Positions 38,880-52,200 of a stretch of DNA of 64,000 nucleotides are shown one piece after another. How positions within the stretch are numbered: the stretch's first letter is position 1; every line of letters starts with the position of its first letter. The stretch is taken from NCBI GenBank assembly GCA_036172245.1, contig JAYWIR010000033.1, positions 1,364,001 to 1,428,000 on the forward strand, given 5' to 3'. The stretch is from Raillietiella orientalis. Its lineage: Eukaryota. A model generated the notes under the pieces. The model did not search any database and had not been told where the DNA came from. It worked only from the letters and a program-made list of their open reading frames with translations. The position numbers and the translations under genes were made by a program.

Positions 38880-40750
38880 TTTCTTCTTTGGACCCCGATC
38901 TCCAATGTCCTTGAAAACACCAGAGATGTGTCCGTTCCCCGTTGCTAATCTTCCTTCGTAATACCACTATGAGGACCCATCCTTCACCGCTGCTCGATTT
39001 CTTTTGGGATCATCTCTTGATTTTCACATACCCTACTCTTCCAGCCAATTTGCTTGGACGTAAAATGCTTGAAGGGTTGGGCTTCAGGGATGAGTTTTCT
39101 AGGGCCGCGTATACAAAAACGGAAGCAAACCGAAACTTGGCATTTTATGGAACGCTTAATGACACTCTTGAGGATGCGCTTCCAGATAAGTTAGGTCGTT
39201 AAGGAAACCGCTTTGAGAAACCGTGAGCTGGGTCTCAGTGGCGGGTCGGTTTCCCCCATTTCTGATATTCGCTTACTCCGGAAGCTCAAAAGCTCGAAGA
39301 TACGTGTTGAAGGACGTCTTTCAAAGTTTTGCACGGACTCTGGAGGATCCAAAGGTTTGTCAAGTTTACTTCTTCGCAAAATTATGACGACTTCCCACAT
39401 CTTCCTTGCTCCCAGAGACAGACTCAAAAATCCATAAAGGCAGGAAGCAGGTGACAGCTTGAGCTGGTTCCCAGCAAATCCAAAACCCAAGATTTCTTTT
39501 TTTCTATCGGATCCAGCAGATTCCAGAAGCGGGATGCCAGAAAAATTTGATTATCGCCTTCTTCCTCAACTTTCTTGGGCACTTCAGGCTCTCATCTTCC
39601 TTGACTGCACAGCGGGCGTCTTAGTCATAGCCTGTTGTTGTTCACCCTTCATCTCTTCCTCCAAGAAGTCGAGCTGTTCCAAGAAAGGGGAAATTGGTTC
39701 GGTATTTTTGCACATGCCGTTCTGGCCCACCGGGATCGATTCGGAGAGTCTCCTCATGCCAGACCACAAATCCTTCGAGCTTGTTCCATGAGCCCCGCCG
39801 CCCTGTAATCCCTGCCTGATAAAGTAAATGTGGCTCAGTGATCTGCGTATCTTATCGGCTCATCGAAGCGTGCGTGCATGGGCATCCTTTGAAAAGCCCA
39901 GGTGGCTTGCGGGCGGTTGCGAATCTCAGGCGAGAGTCACTCGCAGCGCGGTCATAGGTACTTTGCTTTGTTCCTTCCTGAAAGCTCTGCAGATCCTTGG
40001 AGACCGTCGGAAGCAACTGCTTTGAAAAATCAATTCCTGGGAGCAGGATGTTTTTTTTTTTTTGGCTGGACGCTCTCCGAGGCGGAACAAGATCCAGGAA
40101 TCGTTCGATCATGAGTCACCTTGTCCTCATCGGTCCATTCCTCGACGCCTTAGGCGGAACAGACGTGTAGCGGACCCTCATTTTCGCGCACTGGGCAGCG
40201 CTTGGCCTCTCCTCGACCGTCATTTCGAGAGCTCTCGATGGAATTTTTCGGTTCGAATGACCAGGCATGAATGTACGAATGGTACATTGGCTCCCTTCAC
40301 TTCTGTATTCTGGCTCCTGGGAGAGGATCCTTGGATCCTCTCCCAGGAGCCATCGAGTAGCTCCTTATCCTGCTCCAAACTCTCTTCCTTCCACGATCGA
40401 CCCTCTGCTTTTTCGGATCGCCCAGACAGTTCTAGAGGTCCTTCATCTTCCTTGATGCTACTCGCTCACAGGATCTTCCTCGAGGCCAGCAGCCTTAGCT
40501 TACATATCTCAACCACCACGATGCCAGAGAACAACCTGGTGATCAAAAAAAGATTTGTTCGTAGCTTTTCGTCCGGTTTCCGTTTGGCGAAAGCCTTAGC
40601 GCGCCTCGTGACCTCGTGAACCTTTTTGCTCCGAGTTCTCTGTTTGCTCGTTCCCTGCAGCTCAGGCATCTCTCTTTTGGGAAGCCACGGGGTCATGAAC
40701 AGAGGGAATGACCTGGAGTGCAAACAGAACGATCCTTTCAGTTTGAGATG
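38880..40750 (-). mobile_element. Possible decayed BEL/Pao pol relic
   Basis: Minus-strand fragments in Pao order: LQVIPSVHDP, KKSWVL..IC…QAV, PLRPSSRFL, WLEE, GHISGVF. Confidence 0.35.
40311..40352. repeat. Perfect 20-bp inverted repeat with a 2-nt spacer
   Basis: tggctcctgggagaggatcc-tt-ggatcctctcccaggagcca. Confidence 0.95.
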
Positions 40751-40905
40751 TTTGCTTCCCTTTCGCAGCTTGCGGGAGGCTTCCACCCTCGAGGTCGGAA
40801 ATCTGTCCTTGCTTGCTTTCCAGCTCCGGGATGGGTGGAACGGTTCCTCAAACGCTTCTTCGCCTTGGAAACGAAGAAAAATTAAATTCGATTTCGTCTT
40901 TTCAG

Positions 40906-41199
40906 GATATGCCCTCCAGAGAAATACCTATCTCTCCTAGGTACGCTGCAGACAATCCCCTTGGAAACAGAGGAATGAGAAACGTTGACTCGTGTAAATC
41001 AGAGACTCCTGATTCTTCTTCTTTGCCTCCCAAGGAGAATCTGGACAAGTTCTATGGCCTGACCTCTTCCGACATCGACAAATACTCCCGAGTCATGTTC
41101 CCTGTGTTTTTCGTGTGCTTTAACCTCATGTACTGGATAATCTACCTCCACGTTAGCGACGTCGTCGCTGACGACCTTGTTTTGCTCAAGAAGAACTGA
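40906..41199 (+). CDS. Rdl: Rdl terminal coding exon: end of loop, M4, stop (…[43 protein letters not shown])
   Basis: Acceptor cttttcag|, phase 0; TGA at 41197-41199. The C-terminus is almost identical to insect RDL. Confidence 0.93.
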   Translation, partial: DMPSREIPISPRYAADNPLGNRGMRNVDSCKSETPDSSSLPPKENLDKFYGLTSSDIDKYSRVMFPVFFVCFNLMYWIIYLHVSDVVADDLVLLKKN

Positions 41200-42949
41200 A
41201 GGAAGAATCAGCCCGAGTGTAGCAACGCGAGAAGTTCCCCAGAAGCAGTCTGGAGCCTCGCAAAACTTGGAAAGAACAGGCCGAAAAGTTCCCGGAGTGA
41301 TCCCTGTTGTAGCTGTCCCTCTGCTTCTCGCTCCCATACATCCCTTCCTCCGTTACTCGAGGTGGTCTGGTCCAGAGAGAAGCAGGAAAAGCTTTGGCCA
41401 TAGTAGAAAGAGTCGCGAAGCAGAAGAGGGAAGCTGAGAGTCCAATCCTGCAGTGAATCCAGAGTTCCAGGCAGCCCACAAGACTCCGGGATCCAATAGC
41501 CCAGTGAGCACTAGATGAGGTCGCAAAGCTGCAAGGAAGGGAACCAAAGCCAAAAGAAGGTCGTCATCGTCCATCGATTCAGGCCGTTCGTGTCCACTCT
41601 TTGCAATAAAGCTACTCCTCTCTGAAGGCTGCGCTGATGCTAGCCAGACGGCCATCATCTTCAATGCGCATCCTCGCGGGAGGACCATCCCTGTCTCTTA
41701 ACCAGGTCTTCTTGAAGCTCCGATGTCTCGATAAGTTCAGGACCCACGGGTCTCCCAAGCATCTGATTGATTACCCGGAGATTGAGCGAACGAAGGCGCC
41801 TAGCTTCCACGAAACTGGCTTTGTCCCTTTTTGTTCCCCCCCCTCTTCCAACCCAGGCGTTCCTAGTCACACCTCTTCCTGCTATGTTAAAGTCATCGGT
41901 CTTAGAATAGAGCCTGGAGGTCATCGAGAAAATGAGCTTGATCTCGAAGAGCAAGGAAGACATCAAACATCCAAAACATAGGTCTCTCGAGGATCAGATG
42001 ACAGCAGGTCGGAGCGCAAGGTGCTCCGACCTGCTGGCTGAGTGTCTCCAGCCGCATCCATCTGCACCTGCGAGGCGGCGGCTTCCGTGACTTTTTCCCA
42101 CCGGGGTCTCTCCCGCGGACTGTCCCTGAGGACAGAATGTTCTGCCATAATTCTAGCTCGCTTTTCATCGCTGATGGCCAAGATACTGGCACGGCTAGGA
42201 GGACGCTGAGGTTGCCTAGCCCCGATGACTTCTCTCTCAGTAAGGACGCATCCCGAGACGCATCCATCTTTCGCAGCCATAAGTAGGTCTTAAAAGAGAG
42301 AAATGACCATCGTCTTCTGGACGAGGAGATCTTCTCTTCCCTAGAAGACACCCTCCAGCAAAACCGCTCCAGGTCGAGCGCTTCCTGTGGATGCTTCCCA
42401 TTACCTTCGGGATTCGGGATCCCAGAGGACCAGACTACTGCATTCTTCTACTTGCAAGTCGCCCATCTTCCGCGTCAGTAACCTTTCTCGGATGCGTCGC
42501 TGCTTCGAGAATGCTCGATGGATGCCGAAAATCTGAGGCTCCATACGGAACGAAACTTGCAAACATGACACATGACACGCTGCTATAGCTTCCTTCACAA
42601 TGTGTCAATCATTACGCCACATTGTGTCCCTGGTAAGGACGGGGAAGATAGTTCGAGAGATACATCCCATTTTTCTCATCCTAACGAGACTCACCGTCGC
42701 GAGTACCGGAAGCCATGATCCTCGGTCGTGAGAAACGAAGCATGCCTTCACGCAACCCTCATCATTTAGAGCTCAGCGTGTTGTCTCCTGGCTTGGGAGG
42801 AGTAGGACTGCTCCATATCCAATCAGAGGTCCCCTTAAACCAAATCACCGAGTGATTTCGACCTTCATCCGTGCAACGCCATCATCTTCGGGTAGCACAG
42901 CACCATTTCCCGAAAACAGGGTGCTCGGTCTCCTTGAAACGCTCTTCTT

Positions 42950-43650
42950 GGATTCGCCCGACTCCGAGGAACGTGGAACACGGCAGGAATTTGATCAGAA
43001 ACTCTGCAATGTAAAAGCCGTCACTCATTGCCTCTCTCATTACGGTAAAGAGCGCAGCCATGTGCTTTGATGAGCAGCCTCCAGCTCAACTCATCTACAC
43101 AGGGGCGCGATCATAGCTCGAGATTAAGGCATCTTGATTCAATGTGAACAAGCATTCACAAAAAAGAAGGGGAATCGCAGATCGATAGGCGTAAGATTGT
43201 CATGGTCGCTCTATAGATCTGACCTTCCAAGTGAGGACTGAGCTGATTTTCCCTTCAAGTCACGTAGAACTCTCACAAGAAACTCGTGTTCATGTTAATC
43301 ATCCTGCATGTTTCTTCTGGTCCTCTCTCTGATTTGCCAATCGTGCTGCAGAATTATCCATTAGACGTCCTTGAGACTACATCTTCGATTTCTTGTTCGT
43401 CCGAGCAATTTGTCAATGTTGCTCTGATCCTGATTTGGAAATGGCCAGCATGCAACCTGGCATCGTAGGGCATAAATCGTCTGCCAGGTCAATCCAGCCA
43501 TGTCTCCATGATTCTCACAAATAAATCACTGCACCTGCTGCTCCCGAACACCACGCTGCTTCTGCTTGCAAGGTGTTTCTCGAGAGCAGATGCGCAAGTG
43601 GTGTCACCGTTTCCCTCGCCCGCTGCTTCCTTGTTTGTATCGAGAGACGT
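42950..43650 (-). mobile_element. Possible gypsy-type integrase relic
   Basis: LAHLLSR, RHGW, LHAGH…EIEDVVSR and FFVNACS resemble ADALSR, GWP, LH.GH…DIE..V..C and LVVVDAYSK. Confidence 0.4.
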
Positions 43651-43831
43651 CCTTCTTTCAGGAATCTCGAGGACAACCCCTGGTGTTCGAGGAAACACCC
43701 CTGCGCGTCTGCTCCTTCTTCTGTCCATCCGAAAGGGAAGCAGCATCCTCCTGCCCTTTCGAATTGTAAGGGCTTACCTGCCAGGTGTTTTGCGTTCCCA
43801 GTGAACACTGCAGCATTTAATTGCGAAATCA

Positions 43832-44046
43832 AATAAAAAAATTTCTCACAACACTGTACGAAACGGGAACTGTGCTCTCATTTCATTTTAAATGCTGATA
43901 ATGTGGATCGATTACATTGAATAAAGAGACTTCATTTACTAAATAAACCGTTGCTTCTTTTAAAAAAAAAAAAAAAAACAGGATTTTATTTCCAACACTA
44001 TATAGCTGTGCAATACTTTTTTTGTTGTGTTTTGTTCTTTTTTTTG
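43832..44046 (+). terminator. Candidate polyadenylation region of Rdl
   Basis: Three AATAAA hexamers (43832, 43920, 43942) followed by a T/GT-rich tract; a single proximal AATAAA lies at 41605. Confidence 0.4.
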
Positions 44047-45714
44047 GTCCCCCTTATACCATGTTCAGATCACCTCTGTTATCTTGAGAGGAATAGAGTA
44101 AACTTTATTCCTAAGAAATGCAAGCAATCACTGTCTCTGTTACTAGAAAAGCAAAAGAGCATCCCATCAGAATAGAATAAGGGGCAAAGAAAACACAGTC
44201 ATCTCAAGCATTATTCCGTCTCTCTCTTTTATCAATCACGGATAAAGAGAAAAGTGATCCAGCCTGCCACCAGAACCTTGAAAGTTATCTGTCAGTGTGT
44301 ATCTTTAGGAAAAGTCGGGAAGGCAAGTGCTTTGCTAGTCTTTGAAAAAGTACGTCCTGTGAACCCGATCATTTTGAACATCGTGGACCTCTCTAGAAGG
44401 AAGCTGATGATCAGCAAGGGAAGGAGCAAGGAGGCATGCAGCTCGCGTCGCAAACAAATCTTTAGAGAGAGTCAAAATGGAAGGAAGGGAACTGTAGCTA
44501 ATCCATCTTAAGAATGTTTGCCTATCTAAGAAAACCATTAGTACAAAAGCAGGAGAAGGCCTTTTTACCCGGCGACGCCGGCACATTTATTTAAAAAATA
44601 AACCACAGGTCAGCGGAGAACAGTGTCCCCTAAATATAAGAGATACCAAAAAAACAGAAGCAAAAGTTCTTCGGGAATGGCCACCGGCATGCAGACAGGC
44701 TTCTAAAAAAGTAGGGAACTGAGGTAGGGGACAATACATCAGTGAAAAAAGACGGAAGGGTAGGGACAAGGGTCTTTGGTTTCATTCGTTCCTTCCTTTC
44801 TAGTAGAAGCTATGTGGCGATCTCACTGATGACTTCTGGCAAGTGAGCTGTTCTCATGAGGACTGCTGCTGCCATGCTGGTGGCCTCCCTTCGCTGCGAA
44901 CGAGGCGCCATCACGGAGCGGACTGTGACGATAGCGTGGATGCAGCATCTCGATGCGATGGCAGCAAGAACCGTCTCCAAAGGATTGGAACGTTGGGCCG
45001 AACTCTTCTCGATTCAGCCCGAAGGATTGGAAGTCTTTATGGACAGCAAGCTGCTTCCCCTCAAGTGGCAGCAATCGGCGCTGCTGATACAGCACTGGGG
45101 TTTCCCGTGCAATGCGCGCCGGTACCACTAGTCCAGGGGGAGCTCATCGCCGAACTGCCCCAGAGAAGGAGACCTTCCCCTACCCCTTGCTGTAGTGCGT
45201 CTCGCCCTCCGGGACTTGTGGGAACGTTTCTCTGCGTCTCTTCCTCACCCGTGGACGATCCCAGAGACTCTTTGAGGTCCCACCTCGTGCGGGACGCCAT
45301 GACGCCCGCAGCCGCAGTGGCAGAGCTGTGCTGCGTGCTCCGTGTCGTCGCGGCGAAGTGCGGCGCCGAGAGGGGCCAGAGAGACGGGGGCCCGCCCTGC
45401 ACGCCATCCGCTTCCTGCAGAAAGCTTTAAGATGGCTCCACCTGGAATGGAGAGAAGGGGGTGCTCACGGGCATCCTTCAACGGATCCAGAGGTCTCACC
45501 CACCACGAGATCTGATCCCTTCCCTTCCCACTGACTAATCTTTTCTTGTTTGTTTGTTTTCATTTTCTATTTTTGTTTCATCCCCCTTCCCCTTCATGGA
45601 CGTGATGGACCTCTCTGCCCCCCCCCCTTCTTTCTAGTAGAACAATTGGACTTGGTGGGCCATCGGATCCATCGATTCCTGTAAGAGAATAAACGCCCCG
45701 GAGCACCCGGGTGT

Positions 45715-46200
45715 GAAATCACAGCGCCCTTCTTCAGCCCGCCTCCGGTGAAGAAGCGTCGCAGCAAGTCCAAAGCAGTGTTCTGAGGTTGTTGGAGAAC
45801 TGAAGGGAGTCTCCACCACAAGTCCTCGAGGGCACCGAAGTCCAACAGGAGTTGCGGGAGCGACTCTATCGCCCCGCACCTCGAACAGTTTGGAGGGGCA
45901 ACTACCCCGGAAACCAGGTGCCGGCTCACATAGCACCGGAATCCCCAGTACAGAAACAGCATAGCATCCTGTTTACGAGATAGCGGGAACACGGAGGTGT
46001 CCGCACACAGGGAAGGGACCACAAGTTCTTCGGGAGCATGCCAAGCAGTTCACTCCACCCACTCCACTCCCACTCTTTGCCAGGCAGGAAATGAGGAGCG
46101 GCAGCATTCACCAACTCCCTCCTCGTCTTCCAGCCGTCAAGGAACTTCTCGACTCCTGCAATTTTGCAGGAGAAGGAATCGTGGTATGCTATCACACTTC
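45715..46200 (-). mobile_element. Decayed non-LTR (I/R1-group-like) ORF2 C-terminus
   Basis: LSRKQDAML…(frameshift) FCTGD…SRHLVSG…PNCSRCGAIESLPQLLL…LLRRFFTGGGL resembles RLRTGH…CCHC finger…FL..TGL. Confidence 0.5.
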
Positions 46201-49200
46201 CGTTTCTTTCTTCAACAGCTGCGGAATATCATTAAGTCAATAGCTGAATCAGTGTAACTCTGAGTCCTGCATTTTTATTCTCATATGCTCACGAGCTCAT
46301 TCCAGTAGCCAACTAGCAGTAGACGAAAACCAACACTGTCTGATTCCACGATTCAGATCTGATCTGATTCCAGGGAATGGAACTCTTTGATACTGACGGT
46401 TGAAGGCTTCCAATATCTGAGACGTGATGCTTCCTTGCAGTTCGGATGAATTAGGAATTTTGTTTGTGGGTTCCTCATTTGAATGTGCTTCGGAATTAAT
46501 TCGATTATTCTTCAGCGGGCATTAGAAATTAGACGTGCTCAGAATGTTTTACTTTCATCCCTAACATAATGCAACATGAATAATCTTTCACATTTGGTAA
46601 TTAAGTGCAAATAAAAACAAAGTGATGGATATTCCGATGCCAACTGGGTGAAGACAGAGATAACTCTGAGGTCTCGAAACATTCTCATTGCAGAATTGAT
46701 TCCAAAAAACAATCGTGAACTCAACCGCTCTCAAAAAGAGGGAAAGGCACTCTATTTACCCTCCAACCACTGAAAGCTCTCTACGATGTGGTTTTTTTTT
46801 GTTTCAGCAGCTTGCTTGGAATGAGCGATTGCAGCCATAGTGCCATAGCAATCTTTTTTGAAGTGAATTAGGAAAATCTCATTTAGGTAAATCAGAACCG
46901 AGGACTGAAGGCTTCAACGGAATGCCGTTCATCAATTCATTTCAATGCTGAAACTTCCAATATCCTTGAATGACGTTTATTATGGAGACAATATTATGCC
47001 TATGGTGGAAATTTCATCCCACATCCGCGTGAACTGAACGTATCTTGGACAGCTATGAAGGAACTTTTGTTCCAGCGGGCCGCGTGTCTTAAGAAATGTG
47101 TTACGGACATGAACTAAACTCAGTGAATACCAGCTTCTTAAACGTGAAATTTATAATAGCCGATTATTAATTAATTTATTTTCCTATCTTGCACGGATGC
47201 CTTCTAATTTCGCCGGCTAAACCATGAGGTTAGTCAACTTACTCTAATTACTCTACCGCACTGAAAGTGCGGGCTCCAACGAAACGAATAAAACAGAAAA
47301 AAAATTCTTTTTCTCACAACCACATCCACAATACCGTAATCAGAGAGGAAGAAAAAGATCAGCGCCCTGAAGCAGCTTTTAGCAATCAGGTGTTCCTCAT
47401 TTGCATCAAGCTTGCGAATAGATTTCAAGAAAATGGGTATTCAAAAGGAAAGTATAAAGAAATCTCGAGGACTGCACACAAAAAAAATCTCCAGGCCTCA
47501 CGTGAGCAGGAGTCACATGTACACCATGGCTGTTTCAGAACATGCAATTACGGGAATACAGATGTTTTCAGGAAAGGTGCCTGGACAAACGTCCCCTGAA
47601 GTGAAAAATAGCTTGGTTGATTTGTTGCCATACCCCCGTTCTGCTCTTGCTTTCTTTAGTTACTTCCGGACTTTTTATCTCAGCCTGATAATGTACATCA
47701 TTAAGGTATACTGATAACAAGAGTATCAGTGTGTAAGAGTATTAAATCCTGTTTTTGTGTTCCCTTTGCATTTTTCACTTGTGGCATCCAAGATTGCCGT
47801 TTATTGCCGTGGACCATGGTATTGTGAGCAAAGGTTGCTTTTTTCCGGAAGACTGGATCCTGTTGCTCGATCTGGTGGCTTCCCGATCAGTTCTTTAAAG
47901 CAGTGAAAGGTTTGAAATGTGGTCTGTTTGGTCGGCTTTTTTCTTGCTATTATCACCAAATTCACTATTACGACTCATCTGGAAAACACGCATTTTCGCT
48001 TGCATCTGAATTTTCCTACTCTTTGTTCCACTCTGGCAGTTACAGATGCCTGGAAGCAACGATCCATCTTACACTTTCGCACATTAGTGAATAAATCTCA
48101 GATTGTCATGGATCGGCATTACTTTCTCAATTTTTCATTAATTTATTTTTGGAAGTACAGGTCAGTACGGTTGTTTTCCCCTAAGGAAGCATCTAGGAGT
48201 TCAAAATCAGACTGAATATTTGTATCCTTATAGTTCCTTTGGATGAGTTTTGTGGAAACCACGATTCTAAAAGTGAAAGTTCGAAATCGCATTTTTGATC
48301 TCCATGAACTTGCAAGTTTTTTTAAAAAAATCTTTAATTCTTCTACCGATTGCAACCTACTTTCCAAAAGTATTAGAACATTTGTGATTCTCCTTCATTG
48401 ATTCGAATCTAGAAAACTCGCGAAACGCTTTGTGTTCTATCGTGAGAAATAAATTTTTCATAGTCTGGTTTTATCAGATTCATGTAGCGTTAATTATTTT
48501 CTATCATGCTGTTCACATATTTTAAATCTAGCGCGCTTCGCTATCATTTTTATCACTTCATGTCCACTTCGTTAGGTATTTTCCGTTCACATTATGTGAA
48601 TAGTGAAGCAAGCAAGCGAAACCGGACACAAATTCCGTTGTTTTGAAGACTCCATGCCTTGAATACTCTGGAAGAGCCACATTTTTGTAGTTTTCTACAG
48701 AAGTTACATAGCAGTTTTCTATGTGCTTATGTTTACTCAGGGAGCTTCTTTTTAAGAGTTTTCCGCAACTCTGACGAAAGTCGTGGAATTTTTGTTTCAC
48801 ACACAACTTTATGCTTTCTATTTGTCTGATGACCATGAACTGATGGTCAGGTGGCCACAATCTCTAGCTGGTTAACGTGCATTTTCCTAGGGTGATGATA
48901 AGTTTGGGGATGGTGGTGTCTTTCATCAGATCATGGATTCTTGCATAAATTCGTGTATCATTTGAAGTAATTTTTCTTAATTCATCAGTAATAAACTTTC
49001 GTGCTGCTTTCCACATTGATTATATTCTTCTCAATGTAATGTACCCGCATAAGAAACTTCTAATGTTCGGAAGTCTTCCATTCTTAGATGAGATTAGCCT
49101 CCAAAATGTCATCAGACCATCGGCATTTTTCTTCACGTAACTCTGTAGCTTATGTGAAGTAGGATCTGCCACCTAATGAAAGGATCGTGGTTGAATCATT

Positions 49201-52200
49201 TTTTTTCAATTTTTTTAAATATTTTAAGCTGCTGTCACCCGTGACTTGGCGATGATGCCAACAGATCACGATGCGCCGCTTTTATCCGACGGGAATCGAT
49301 TACTGGGGGTCAATTCGAAAGGCTTGGTTTCGAATTCCTATCCCAACCATGGTAATATGCACATGTAAAACCACATGTAAAGATAAAAATATTGTGATCA
49401 CATAATGTGACACCAAATATTTTCCAATGTAAAGTTTCGTTCATAGTAACCCACATCCATACAGAGTTCCCGAGTATACAAACATTATGCAAAGTGTATT
49501 ATTCCTCCAAAACCATATACAAAGCCGTATCCAATTAATTGCATTGAGTCCGTTTATATGTTCACAATAAAGCTTGAACCAAATTAGTACATTTGCAATT
49601 TATCTTCATGAATGTGTTCAATCTTGTTCCCCCAGAATGGCATCTTCATTTCTGTCGCAGTGATTTCATTTATTTTGAGCTCCGTAAGTGAAATTTATTC
49701 AATTTATAAACATAATATTTAGTTATGTAAACCGACTGGGGAAGCGGCATTCAAATGATTTAATATCCTTTTGTGTAATTTGTTGTACAGGATTATAATT
49801 TAAAGTTATTTGTAATGTCACAATTGGTTCAGTTTTTAGCCAATCCATTTTTGATTAAGTTTTTGTAAAGATGAATATCTGTGTTTGGTGCTGATTTTTC
49901 TTAGCATCTGCATTCATACAACTTCCCGGTAAATGATTCGTAATTTCATTATCCTTATAATAAAAGAACTATCCAACTACTTATGCCTGAATTATCACAT
50001 GAAAATGCGTTTTTTTTTATTTTTTGCCTTCGAAATTCTCTCAAGAGGATGTGTGCAATAGTTCGTTGATTACCGTCTATTAGGTTTTTTATTACATTAA
50101 TATTTAAAGAGTGGGATTCCATGCCTAATGAGTTGACTTTAGTATTTACTATCAATAGTATCATACTGGAAAAGGCAAATTCTGCAGTGAAGTTTCCATT
50201 GAATTCAAAATTCCCAACAATTGTACAGATGCATGGTATAATTTTCCGATTTTGTTCAGTGAAAACAAAGTAACCGAAAATTTCCTAGGTGTAATAAACT
50301 GTGCGCGATGAGCACTGAGAATTTCTCCAAAATTTCAAGGTGCTTTAGTGGATTGCTGTTTATATGGCAACTCATAATATAGAAATTAGCGGTTTTTTAT
50401 TTTCTATATATTTCTAAATTCGTGTTTCCAAAGGAATGATGAATCTGTGCTCATCAATAAAGTATTGGCTGTGTTAAGTATATTTTAGTCAGTGTGCTAA
50501 CACCAGCAACACATCAGTAATCATGTGTTAAGGAGATCTTTTGTTTAGTGAATTTCTCACGTAAATAATGGTCCGCAAATTGCAAGTGTGCAAGCAGCTT
50601 TTATGCCCTTATCTAGAATCTGAAGAACTTGAGTAATCCATTGCTTGCTGAGCAGTTTTTATGAATTTTTTTCATCCTGTGTGAATACTCATTGTGAGTG
50701 AGAGACTTATTTTGTAGTCATTGAATAAGCTTCAGCCTTCTAAAAGGTTGTCCACTATTGATCTGTTTGTCTTTCTTCACAATTCTCATCAGGGATGCTA
50801 ACATAATAATAACCAAGTCAGTAATTCAGAATATCTGGAGTATGCTTATAAAATGTGTACTTTTATTTGAGATATCAGGTCAAGTTTTGTTTAAATGAAT
50901 TGGTGCTTATGTTTACTCAGCCATAACATGAGGAAACCAAAACTTCAATGGCTAAGGTGTGCAAATTCCAGTTTTATGACCTTTGAGTGAAGTAACTTTT
51001 TGTGGAAAAATGTTGTTATAATTGGTAATTGAATATAATTTTATTCAACTATGACAACAATGGTGGGATAATGATAGGTATTTTCATAATCTAATGTGGT
51101 TTTTATTGTGCAGCAGTAATACTGCTGAGCAAAATGAAGTCTTACTTAATGATAAGTCTTACTTAATATAAACAAATGTTCAATAATTTCTTATTACCAA
51201 TTCTGTTTATATCCTGCATGCTTGTATTTTATTGTTTTACTTGAAAGAATGGAAATGCATACAAAGTTTGCATGTAGTAACATGATTCAAATTTACAGAG
51301 TTACAAAATAATACCCAATTTCTTGCTACACTCCTGAAGTATACTAGAAGCCATATGGGGGCATGAAAGTGTCCTGCTGAAAATTGCATGGAAGATTGAA
51401 CGTGTTAGCTAAAGTAATTCTTTCAGATCACATTTGCACATATGATTTGTTGTAGCAGTTTTAGTAAAACTTCGAATTTGTGCTTATCCGTTTTGAAAAT
51501 ACGATGGCATTAAGCAGTATTTATGTAAAATGCTTTATGAGAATAATGATTTCTGTTCCAAAAATAATGAATTTTCTTTTAAACTTGCCTTGGTATCTTT
51601 TATTTTCCACACCTTAGCATCTTTGTACCCAGTGCTAATTTGATTAAGTAGAAAGAGTTGTGCATTATTTTCCTTCTTTTTTTTTTTTTTTTCTTTTTTT
51701 TTTTTTTCTGAGAAGAAGTTAGAAGTTCTTGAAAACATAGCATTGAAGTTAGTTCATTTCATACTAATATTAGCTTCGTATCCATTAGCAAATAGCATTT
51801 AATTCCATATTTTTCCTAAAAGTATACTTGAACTATCCACATAACTGACTATTTAGTATTCAAAGCCATGATGTGCATGATTTGACAAGCTGGTATTGAG
51901 TAATGTCTGTTAAAAACAAATAGTACTGAATAACAGCATTGGTTTGTCAGTATGAAATTTTTTCATATGAATTGTTTTTGTTTCAGTGTTTAATCACAAC
52001 AGGATGTATTCTGAAACTTTTCCCTTATTTTTCAAAATTTAGTAAGCTATTTTCTCGTTTACTTCTGTGTTCATAAAAAGATATATCTTTGACTTACCTC
52101 CATTTGCCTATCTCCTCTGAATTTGTTTAGGATCTTGAACAGTTTCAAGCCATCCAAGATTTGATTAAAACATGTATGGTCCTAACTAATACATGTGCTA

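Larger units (their letters stand above)
12307..41199 (+). other. Rdl: Rdl-type GABA-gated chloride channel subunit gene (8 coding exons identified; 5' signal-peptide exon not found)
   Basis: Exons of 77, 68, 227, 83, 138, 285, 602 and 294 bp join through canonical GT-AG sites with matching phases into one open frame of about 590 aa. It contains [26 protein letters not shown], the Cys loop CPMNLQYFPMDSPQC, M1-M3, and the RDL-specific C-terminus [18 protein letters not shown]. Confidence 0.96.
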
